A DNA stretch of 53,875 bases, the filler included, from Sluysia triapertura (Eukaryota): NCBI GenBank assembly GCA_046118255.1. It is 4 parts of 4 records of this genome, joined end to end, with 100 filler letters (N's around TTAATTAATTAA, not from the genome) between each part and the next. Parts side by side here need not be neighbours in the genome. Positions count along the whole stretch, not along the records: positions 27,118 to 42,208 come from JBJNIA010239772.1; positions 42,309 to 53,875 come from JBJNIA010183324.1; 2 more parts are not named here. One strand, written 5' to 3'. Below are positions 40,710-51,002 of the stretch, piece after piece. How positions within the stretch are numbered: position 1 is the stretch's first letter; each line of letters begins with the position of its first letter. The notes under the pieces were generated by a model. The model searched no databases. It was not told where the DNA came from and saw nothing but the letters and a program-made list of their open reading frames with translations. A program made the position numbers and the translations under genes.

Positions 40710-41362
40710 ATCTCACCATCCCAAGATCTAGTTTCGTTACTAAAAGTCCTACAATAAATAAAATACAAATATTTACAATATACAAGGATATAATTAAAAT
40801 TCAATGTTAATTTATTACTTGTAAAACCTCCGTAGTTTCCATCACCTTCTTCCAATTTGTCATCAAATGGTTCATATTTTTCTTCCACGTCGGCTTCACA
40901 AGTGAGCATTTGATCTAAACAAAATTCAGTTTCTGAATCCTTCAACCTTTCCACCTTTACAATCTTTCTTCTTACTTTTATACTGAACAACGGCGGTAAT
41001 GTATTGATAATAACTTTCAGTAAATTTGTTGGATGAACAATGAATACACTTTTCAAATTTTTCTTGAGATCTCTATCAATTTCTCTAAATGCATTTATCG
41101 AAAATCGTATATCAGGATTATATTTACTGTTTAAAGCATAATGAAAATATACAAGAGGATAATCATTAGATACAGATTGTTGCAAAGTTTTAGCAATATG
41201 TTTATATAAGCGAATGAGATTAATTTCATTTGTTGGTGGTACACGACACGCATAAAATACTATTACCTTCTCTTCTGATTCATCATCTCCAACTACTTGA
41301 GCAACATTTAACTTAACAATTTCCTGAAATTCTTCATTAATCATATCTAGTGTCGTGATCAT
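40676..41362 (-). pseudogene. Intronless BCH/CRAL-TRIO_2 domain copy of an ARHGAP1 (p50RhoGAP)/RhoGAP68F-type gene, without the GAP domain
   Basis: QVVGDD..EKVIVFYACRVPP, DYPLVYFHYALNSKYNP and AFREIDRDLKKNLKSVFIVHPTNLLK align with ARHGAP1 EVAGDD..RKIIVFSACRMPP, DYTLLYLHHGL and AYREFDRKYKKNIKALYIVHPT. Confidence 0.9.
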
Positions 41363-41766
41363 CGATATACCAAATTCTTTGTCAAAATGAGCTTTAAAAG
41401 GTTAGTTTCGGAAATTATTTCAACCGGACTTTCTAACTGACAACATGAAACTAATTTATCTGGCAATGATTGCAAATTATTTTTACTAACATGTAATACC
41501 ATCAAATTAATTAAAAACTCGATTGCATTCGGGATGTTACACAGTTCGTTATCACTTAATATCAGTTCATGCGATGAAACACAACAAAATAATTCTTTCG
41601 ATAATTCTGAAATGTTGTTATTGTCAAGATTAAGTACTTCTAATGAACGTTCGTGATTAAATATATCTGTAGGAACTTGACGAAAATATCTGCTGGAGTA
41701 ATCTAACACTTTGACTTGAGGTGTCTTATGAATACAGATACGTTTGAGAAAACTTTTCTTTATCAT
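41359..41766 (-). pseudogene. Intronless N-terminal LRR fragment of a LAP-family (Erbin/Densin/Lap1-type) gene
   Basis: LDYSSRYFRQVPTDIFNHERSLEVLNLDNNNISELSKELFCC...LSDNEL..IP.AI..LINL..L.VSKN aligns with Erbin [42 protein letters not shown]...LINLRELDVSKN. Only about four LRRs are present. Confidence 0.88.
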
Positions 41767-42208
41767 TAAGTTTTATCGACTGATCAAACCCAGAAAATAT
41801 GATTTCTTTATTTACTATCAACAAATTCTGATTTCATAATATTATTAATAAATGATTGTAAACTAATTTTAGTTATGTTTTGTTCACCCAATCAGAGTGT
41901 TGATATTGGTATATTTTCTGATTAGTTTTATTATTCTCTGATTGGGTGATATCTACTATCACTGTAACGAACGAAGAAAAAGACTGATGGCTAACCGCCA
42001 TCAATACTGACAGGTCAATATTAACATGAAATTGGCTGTCAGCATTGGTGGTGGTAGCAACCAGTGCTATCGTCAAATTTTTAGTTTAATTGAATTTATT
42101 ATTATTTAGAAAACAAAATGGCGAATAATGAACGATATTAATGATTAAAAATAATAATAATAACAATAACGAAATAGTGAAATCATTGTTATTATTATTA
42201 TAAGATGA

Positions 42209-42308
42209 NNNNNNNNNNNNNNNNNNNNNNNNNNNNNNNNNNNNNNNNNNNNTTAATTAATTAANNNNNNNNNNNNNNNNNNNNNNNNNNNNNNNNNNNN
42301 NNNNNNNN
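42209..42308. other. Assembly gap spacer
   Basis: 44 N + TTAATTAATTAA + 44 N. Confidence 0.98.
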
Positions 42309-43284
42309 ATTTTCCAAAAAATAAAGTTTTTAATAATAAATCGTAAAGACTTAAAACGATGACCAAAAAATTCGAATTTGGAAATTCTAAAATCTTTTCT
42401 CGATTCGAAACTTTTAAAATTAAAGATTTAAAAAATATCAGCAATTCAATTTCAGGCTTTGTAGCATCCTCTCATATTAATTTTGATATAATTCTAATGA
42501 TTAGATGATTACTGTTAAATTGTCACCGGCAACACTTTAATACTGCAAAATCAACTTTGATTTAAGCTTATTTTCTAAAAAAGAAAATTCCTTACTAAAA
42601 ATAGAAAAGAAGTTTCTAAAATATTCCAGTACATTCTAGAATTATACTTGTTTATGAGTGACTATTGGTTAATCATAAAGCTCAATTAGTTGTTAAGTCT
42701 CCGTATTGGTTAATCAGATTCTCCATCTTGCTTTTGGAGAGGTTCTTGAGCTGGTTCATTAGTGCAAATAATATTGTTGGCTGTACAATTCTACAATTTT
42801 ACAAATTCGCAACTTGGATCGCTGACAGTGAGCTAATTGATCAATTTTTGTCCAAATTTCTATATCAAGTTTAAGTTGCTTTATTTTCCTCGAGGACATA
42901 AAAATATAAAAATCAACTTAAAATTTCTGTAAAAGATATTTTTTACCCGATGTAATGAGGATAATAATTTATAATTAAACTTATTTATATATTGAAAAAA
43001 ATTAAATATCCAACTTGATTTTAATTTTAAAATATTAATTATTTTTCTTTGTTCTGACTATCGTATTTAGTATCGTATTTAGTTATTTCATTATTATGTT
43101 TTTATAAGTTAGGGGTTTTTCGATTATTATTATTATAAGTGAGAACAATAACGAAAGTGTAATTCATAGACTAAACGTAAAGTGCAGTTTTAATAATTTT
43201 TAAGATGGATCATTGATTTGGTTGATTGAGATCATCAAATTGTTAAGACTCTTTTAATAGACGCTAAGATTTCCTTAGTTTTAG

Positions 43285-43380
43285 TTATAGGAACGTCCTT
43301 TTTACGACATATGACGTTTTCTGTAACCGGACCCGGTTCAGTTTTATTTTACCACAGTTTAGGAATTAAGAAAACAAAAA
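43285..43380 (+). repeat. Repeat family C, copy 2
   Basis: Aligns with the reverse complement of 26430-26525. Confidence 0.8.
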
Positions 43381-44130
43381 TTTTTTGACCTCAAAAGGTC
43401 TATTTTATTATTATGTTTATTATTATTTAGTTATGATTATGATGATTATTATTATTATTATATATCAGCATTAGTTTATTTCTTTTCTCTAATATTTCTG
43501 ACCTGACAGATCATAAAAATGCTTCAAAACAATTATTAAATTATCCAACCTTAAAAAACTATTTTAATGTTTAAATATAATTATTTGTTGATTAAATATT
43601 AAAAAGTTATGATTATAGAAAACATTCAATATTTTATTTCAGTAGGCATTTTAAATGTTTCTGCAGTATGTGGTTTATATTTAAAATCTTTAGTGTGATC
43701 GTTGGTGTTGAAATTTAGGTTGTTATAGATATGTAAAAAAATGGAACTCATATGATTACATGAAAAAATATTGGTGTTAAAATATGTTGTTATGGTGTTA
43801 TGAATGTTGTGTTTAATTGTGAACTGAGCTCACCACATAAACTCCCCCCTATCAAAGGAGAAGCGTAATGAATATTTTTCTGATCTTTAATTACAAAGGA
43901 AACACATTTTCGATTATCAAACAATTTTATATTGTCTAACAATATCGACATTTTGCATTGTTAAAATTATTTTAAAATTATTATTTTCCATAACGAATAA
44001 AATATTTTATTATTTAACGATTTTTAAAATAAATTATTTCTACAAAAATTGTCAGTAATAAATTCAATCGAAACATATATTGTTTTAATTATGATTTCTT
44101 GAAATGACTTAGAAAATAAAAAATATTCAG

Positions 44131-44360
44131 ATGTTGGACCAGCTAAAATAACAACGTCTGCAAAAGCATTTAATAGATATTTAGACATGGTATATACTCA
44201 GGGTGGTGGTGATTGCCCGGAAATGACTGTCAGTGGTATAGAGATGGCTTTAGAGGCTGCAAGACCAAATTCATTAATATACGTTTTCACAGATAGTAGT
44301 GCCAAAGATTATGAGAAGGCGAAGCGTGTTATGAATTTAATTCAAAAGAAGCAAAGTCAG
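44131..44360 (+). CDS. HMCN1: Internal coding exon of a hemicentin (HMCN1/him-4-like) gene, N-terminal VWA domain
   Basis: Acceptor ttcag|AT at 44130/44131 and donor CAG|gtctgt at 44360/44361. Translation (D)VGPAKITTSAKAFNRYLDMVYTQGGGDCPEMTVSGIEMALEAARPNSLIYVFTDSSAKDYEKAKRVMNLIQKKQSQ matches hemicentin QGGGDCPEM...IYVFTDA..KDY...LIQQKQSQ. The symbol indicates family, not tested orthology. Confidence 0.93.
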
Positions 44361-47265
44361 GTCTGTGTTTAATAATATAATTAAAAATGCTTTTTTTAAA
44401 CGTATTAAGTTTAATTAATTGTTAAAACATTTATTTAAAATATTCTTTCATGTGTTATTGAAGCACGAAAATTAAAAATAAATAAAATTATATTACAACT
44501 CAGGATAATATTTATTAAATCTTCCATTTTGAATTAATAAAGTTATTGACTGATATGGAAGACTAAGATTTCATATTTAAGGTTTAATATAGAAAAATGA
44601 AGATTTTTCTTTTATTCATTTTTGAAACTACTTATTTTAGTGACGCATAATTTTTTATTAAGTTTTTTTATTAATTTGTAGTAAAATTAAAAATAATTAA
44701 AATAATATTTTTACTGTCATCGCGATAAATCATAACTATTTTTATTTCTATTTTTATAAGCTTGTATAAATTACTTTTTATTAGTGTTCCGATTGTTTTT
44801 GGAAATATTTCTTGATAATTTTTTAAATTTCTGTGCTTTCAAACATTTCTGTAAGTGTTTGAACAACCTCAAAAAAGTCAAGAATAAGTTCTGGGCTATT
44901 TCTGCAGGTAATATACAAAGTTTAAATATGAAACATAGTTACACAAAAGACACACTCATTAAATTTCTTATTGATAAATTCGTATACTTTTTTTATTTGT
45001 ACTAATCCACTACTTTGTTTACATTAAAAATCATACTTAATAATTGCATGCAATAGGAATTCATTTTTTCTACAATTTTTGGTCTCTATTCACATAATGG
45101 TTTATCTAATAATTCAAATTTTAATATTATCAAAGTTATCTATCTATATAAAACAGAAATTAATGTTTAAACAATTGTTACACATTGAGTAAACAATTAA
45201 CTAAATACATTAAATGCATTAAGCCCAATACATTGAAAAATTCAAGCTCAAACTTAGTAAATTCAATACTTATATTTCTTCTTCAAACAATTCTGAATAC
45301 TTTCTTATGTCAATATATTAATAACTGCTCACGAAAAATATACTTATAATAAATATAAATAATTATACTTTCAAAAAAATTCTGTAAAACGTTACTATTT
45401 CTCCATATCTTTAAGTTACTTTATAATCGATTCTCAACTTTAGTCAATACGTACTTTATTCCTCAATAATACTTTAAATATTTTCACTTATATAAATTAT
45501 TGTTAGTCATCAACAACCTAAACTCTTTATTGTTTTACTATTTTATTAATGTTTATTTATTCTATCTAGAAGTATGAGTTCGGATACTCGTTCCGATGAC
45601 TTGGAATGGAAACTCAAAAAATATGTCGTAAGTTTATTTTAAGATGAAGTTCAATTTACTATACAAAGATTAATAATTTTAATCTTTGTCACAACTGTTG
45701 TTCTTTGATTATGATTTTATGTTAATTTCTTTTTTTGAGAAACTACTCTCAGAACACAAAAAATTCAAATACGAAAATTTATTAATTAAATACTTTATAC
45801 AAAAAACAGTAACACTAAAACTCATAATAATGAATATAAATATATACTGAAATGTATGTTTATAACAATTTTAAACTGGAAGTACAATAAATATCATTTA
45901 CTTAATCGACAATAACTATAATTAATTTTGATTTGTATCTTTGATTTCGAAATGTTAACAGTTGATCCTACACATTATTTTCAGATTTCTTTTTCAATTT
46001 TTCAATACCAAGAATGAATTTTAAGTGATCTTCTCAAGTCTTCTTTAATTTAGTAATATTAATGATTAATCTTCCATGGAATATGCAGCAATATTTTCCC
46101 TATACTACTCCTCGTAATACTGTTTGCAATAACTAATAATCAATCGTCGAATGAGTTGTCAAATATTTATTCGTGCTATTTATAATAGTTTTATTATAGT
46201 TTAAATTATTTAATTTTCTAATTCATTTAATTATTTATTTAATTATTTAATTCATTAGTTATGTTACTATAATAATTTCATAATAATCATAGTAAGTGAT
46301 GGTTATAATAATTCGATTTGTATGTTGTTATCATTTCATTTGTTAATACATAATGTTAACGTGTAAATAACAATACATTTATAAATGTGTATCTATTATA
46401 TGATTAATTTGCTAACTTTAATATTGGTTTTTGAAATGCGTCTACTAAACAACCATAATTGTGTAATTTTATTGTATATGTTAATGTGTCTTAATTAACT
46501 TTATTATTGATTTTGAATAATTATTAATTTACTTTATTTTAATCAATTTACATTTTGAATTTTATTTGGAAATTTATTTATAATTTTATTAATTATTTTG
46601 GAAATTTATTAGCTCAATGGTGAGTCTTATTTTAATTAAACTTTTATTAAACTTTTAATTAAACTTTATAAATAATTTTGTTTAAATAATTAATGTAAAG
46701 TAACATCTAAGGTTAATAGGCAAAAGAATATAAATAGCACTATAGTTAACATAATTTTCACAATTTTTTTAAACACAAATTTGGTCAACTTATTTGTTAC
46801 ACCATTAAATCTTTGGAACAAACAATTCTTTCGCCTATTAGCTCAAATAATTGTATACGTTAGTTTGTTTTCTTTAAGGCAGGATATTTTTTAAAAATAT
46901 CGTTGTAAAATTCACTCAAAATCTTTTATCCATTTAATTTTTTTTGTGATCTTGAATATATCATTGTAAAATCATCTTTAAAATTTTAGTAAAGTTCGAA
47001 TTACAATTTGTAAAACATATTATTATTATTATTATTTTATTGTTTTATTTCATAATTTTTTTGTATATAATAAATATTCGTAGAAGAGAAAGCATTGACT
47101 TTTATATAATTATAAGGAAGAAAATCATCGATTTAAACATAAAATAGTATTGAGTTTTTTGATTAAAAAGAATAAAATCGCTAATTGAAAAAATCCTCAT
47201 TACAGGATTGTGTAAAATACTTCTTAAGTAAATAAGACAAGCTATAGTAACAATAACTGTAATAG

Positions 47266-47380
47266 CCTCCAGATTTTAGTTAGGAAGTCATTAAACTTTT
47301 TAAGACTTTAGACACATTTTATTTACGTAAAATCAAACGGCTGGCCCTCGCTGGTAAGTCCAGTACGTTAGTGAACTCAC
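47266..47380 (+). repeat. Dispersed structured motif, copy 10
   Basis: CCTCCAGATTTTAGTTAGGAAGTCA at 47266 (shared with copy 5); core AAAATCAAACGGCTGGCCCTCGCTGGTAAGTCCAGTACGTTAGTGAACTCAC. Confidence 0.92.
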
Positions 47381-48164
47381 GATATCACAGTTTTAACTTT
47401 TATTCTATCACTTCTGTAACTTTATAATTCTCACACTGCCAAAAACAGCTGAAACTCCTCGAAGGAAAGACACATGCATTAATATTAAAATTTCCAATAC
47501 GGCGACGATTGAAATGACGATTTTCATTATACTGATGTTAGTTTATATACTAGTCATCAGTCAATGAAAATCATGGAATATTCTAGAACATTCTAGAAGC
47601 TTCTATTCTTTTTTAGAAGCGAATTTTCTTTTTTCGAAAAGTAATTTCTTTTTGCAAAGTAATTATTTTTTTAAAGTGATTTTAAAGATTTGTAAATAGT
47701 TTTAAATCACTTTATATTGTTTTAATTAATAATTGTAAAGCATTTTACGCAATTGTTGAGAGTTGTGATGATAACATAACAGTGTTGTATCTTTAAAAAT
47801 TATTAATTGCTCTAAATCAATATCAATTTAATTGACTTTAATAAAATCTCAATAATTTAATTATAAATTTAATTAATTTTCTTACTTTGATAATAATAAT
47901 TATTCACCCAAAATTAAGTTTTTGAAAATCAAATCAATAACCACAACAAAATAATTTACTGGTTAAACAAAAATCAGATACAATTTATTATTATTATAAA
48001 TCTCCACTAAACAATACTAAAAATCAGTAAAATGACGAGATTAACAATAACGTTTATAATAGTATCAAGGATGTGAAAAATTTAGTTATAATAGTAATAA
48101 TATTGTTGGGGTGAAAAGGTGCCATTTGGTATAATTGAATAAAATAATTTAAAATTGTTAGTCG

Positions 48165-48236
48165 AGGCTGATAGCTTAGTAGTAGAGCATCGAACTGCGC
48201 AACTAGAGGACCTGGGTTCGATCCCCGGTCAGTCCA
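48165..48236 (+). pseudogene. tRNA-derived sequence (pseudo-tRNA or SINE head)
   Basis: 72-nt cloverleaf spacing with acceptor GGCTGA/TCAGTC, D arm GCTT/GAGC with an A-box, and T arm with B-box GGTTCGATCC. The anticodon stem (TCGAA/ACTAG) does not pair. Confidence 0.8.
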
Positions 48237-49110
48237 TCAACAGATCCATCAAAAACATGTTACTCGACATTCATAACAGCCAAACTACAACCACATTCGA
48301 AAGTATCCACCCGACACCTTCAAATCAATTACAACACTTTAAATTCATCACTTCTTATCATATATTCCCTAAGACCATACCACTTAAAAATAACAAGAGA
48401 ACAAATCATATTATCAACATTGTTCAGTAACCTTTCGAATGTACTAAGAGTTGTACTATAATTTATCTTTTCACATTCACTAAACCATACTCTTCTCAAT
48501 GCATCTTGTGGTCACAATCTTCCAATATTCAAATATTACTTTCAATCAAAAACGTCAGTCACCATCTAAAAATTCATTCTAGCGTTCTGCATTTTGCTGC
48601 ATGGCATAAGAACTGCTATCATACCTTGAAACGTTAATTACATATGTAAAATTCATTTAAAATTCATTTACTTAAAGATTTTAGCTTCAAACATATTTAA
48701 ATGTATTGCAATATGTTTAGAAATATAAAGGATTTAAAGTAAGATTGTGTACAGTTTTTAAAGAATTCAAGAGTTTATGCAGTTTAATAACAACAATAAA
48801 TATAACATCGTTCCTCTTGTTATTACTGTTATTGCACTCAATTAAATCGTTTTTAGTTTTGGATTCAAAATATGTTAAGAAATATTAAGACAATTATAAG
48901 AAAGATCGTGTAAGGTTTAAGAAGAATTTATGTATATTTAAATATTTAATTAATGCTAATAATAATAACATTATTGTTGTTATTGTTGTTATTATTATTA
49001 TTATAATTTTAATTAACGACAAAATCTGTATCTACCATCACCAGTACTGACATTGCTGATTACTCTATATAAATTTATGTCAGCACTGATGCTTTTGATT
49101 TAATTTTAAT

Positions 49111-49174
49111 ATTAGTCGTCCAATCTGTGTAATACTGATTATTGAATTATGCGCTATCTGATTGGACGACTAAT
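49111..49174. repeat. Perfect 15-bp inverted repeat containing inverted CCAAT boxes
   Basis: ATTAGTCGTCCAATC (49111-49125) / GATTGGACGACTAAT (49160-49174). Confidence 0.9.
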
Positions 49175-49292
49175 CAGTTTAATTAATTGTCAGACGAACA
49201 ATCACAATTATTAAAATTATAAAATTAGAAATTTTCTAAAGCGTAAATAAATTTAAAAAACAAGTAAATTAACGCCAAACCAAATAAATAAA

Positions 49293-50618
49293 AATTCACA
49301 GTGTAATTTTAAACTTAATTCTGAAATTGAATTAATTGTATCATTTCGTCAATCAGTAAATGAAACTAAAAAGCTGTTTGGAGCACAATATGATTCTAAT
49401 TGTCAAATATCTGATATCCTAATGAAGCTTTCTTTAGTATCAACTGAGAACAGCAGCAAATTAGTTAGATTAATAGTTGGTAATTTAGATGAAAAATTCA
49501 AATGTGTCAATTTTGAGTGTATAGAACGATGTTATTCAATTCTCGTACGCAATTCAGGATACATAGTTCCAGTTTTAGAATGGATAAAATAATTGTTTCA
49601 AATTTATAGTTTTGAATCATTGGATCCAATTTATACATATAGTAATCATTTATTATTTTTCAAAGAACAAGTTCAGTTACTAATAGCGAACGTTTCGATT
49701 CTCATTTACTTGTAGAGAATACGCTTAAAGAAAAAAAAGTAATACTACATTAAGTCAAATGAATAATGTGGATGAATATATGATTTCCTTAATTGATTTT
49801 CTGAAAAGCTACGGTTGTAATAAAGAGAATATTGCCGTTCCATTTAACATGTTGATGACTGTTTCTACTAAAGAAAATTTAAAATTTGCAGCACAAGATA
49901 ATGTTTTACTGCATGTTGCATATTTATTCAGTCTTTTTGCATCTTTTCATAATGAATAAACAATAACGTTTTGTGATTACTTACTTTATTTTGTGTTAAA
50001 TACGAAAGAAGAAATAAATGTTCGTAATAATTCTGCCCATCATGTGGCAAGTTATCTCATTCATTTTGACAATGACAATATCTATTGATTTTATATTTAC
50101 AGTGATTGATCGATATTTCAGAAGTGTTCTAAAGTTATTAGATTTACCAAATTTTTTGAATTACAAAACAAACATCGTCTATAAAGTCTAAAAAACATAA
50201 ATTAAATAAAATTGCTGATTATGGTGATGTTATTAATGATAGTTTTACAAACGTTTGTATGAGTATTAGTAGAGGCGGCGATAATATCACAACTCGTGAA
50301 CTAATGCGAAAATTATCCAAGCGTGATGCAACAGCTGTTTTTGCTCGATTAGAAATTTATTTGTCCCAAAATAATATCAAAGTTAATTCTAATAAAATTA
50401 AATGTACAGACTGCATACTATTTCAAGACCAAAATATAATGGCGTGGATTTTACAAGTCTTACAGTATCCTCATAACGTAATTATTTCTTTTGTTTACCT
50501 TAACTTAAACTTTCATTTTATTTTAGATAATCAATCTTGGGCGAAGCTAAATGACGTGCACAAAGGTATAACAGCAAAATTTAAACCTTTTATTATAATA
50601 GAAACAATAAAATTATAA
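49293..50618 (+). pseudogene. Decayed ~440-codon orphan reading frame
   Basis: Open segments 49293-49592 (99 codons), 49593-~49715, 49759-49959, 49960-~50088 and 50259-50618 are separated by single stops or frameshifts, all on the + strand. Confidence 0.5.
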
Positions 50619-50968
50619 TTGTTAATTTCTTTTTAATTGATTTTCTTAAATTTTTGATCATAATATTCGTAACGAACTTAGATTTAATGATACAAATAAA
50701 AATTATATCAATTTTGATTTCAAAATTAAAAGGCTCATTACTCAACTAAATTGGTGTCAGTTAAAATTAACATTACCAAACACAACCTTACCAAATAATT
50801 GACTAAGCAATCGACGAATAGAGGTTCTGGAGATGTTTAATTCCATCGATGCACGTTTTGTCGACTTTTTAGGGCTTAAAGAAAAAGCTAGATATAAATA
50901 TTATTAACCTCGGCGCTTGTTATATGTGTAGGTGAGTGATTGAATAATTTATGACACTGTCCCCTAAC

Positions 50969-51002
50969 TTCTAGCTGTGCTTTCATATCTTTTCTCACCC
51001 AT
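50969..51002 (+). repeat. Repeat family D, copy 1
   Basis: TTCTAGCTGTGCTTTCATATCTTTTCTCACCCAT; near-identical to 52593-52626. Confidence 0.8.

Noticed and set aside
12459-42308. Identical TTAATTAATTAA palindromes inside three N runs
   Set aside because: Each is centred in an exact 100-bp spacer and puts stops in all six frames, so it is an assembly linker. ORF 42253-42444 is an artefact of it.
44187-44372. 61-aa ORF as a complete small gene
   Set aside because: It is part of a spliced internal exon: homology starts upstream of the ATG and ends at the GT donor.
45576-45615. Hammerhead-like arrangement GAGUU-CGGA...UCCG-AUGA...GAAACUC
   Set aside because: It lacks the CUG of the CUGANGA core and has no real stem II.
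1452-47380. The recurring motif as a CRISPR array
   Set aside because: Copies are kilobases apart, on both strands and diverged, in eukaryotic context with no cas genes.
48155-48430. 91-aa ORF
   Set aside because: It overlaps the tRNA-like sequence and a low-complexity C/A-rich tract, and has no protein features.
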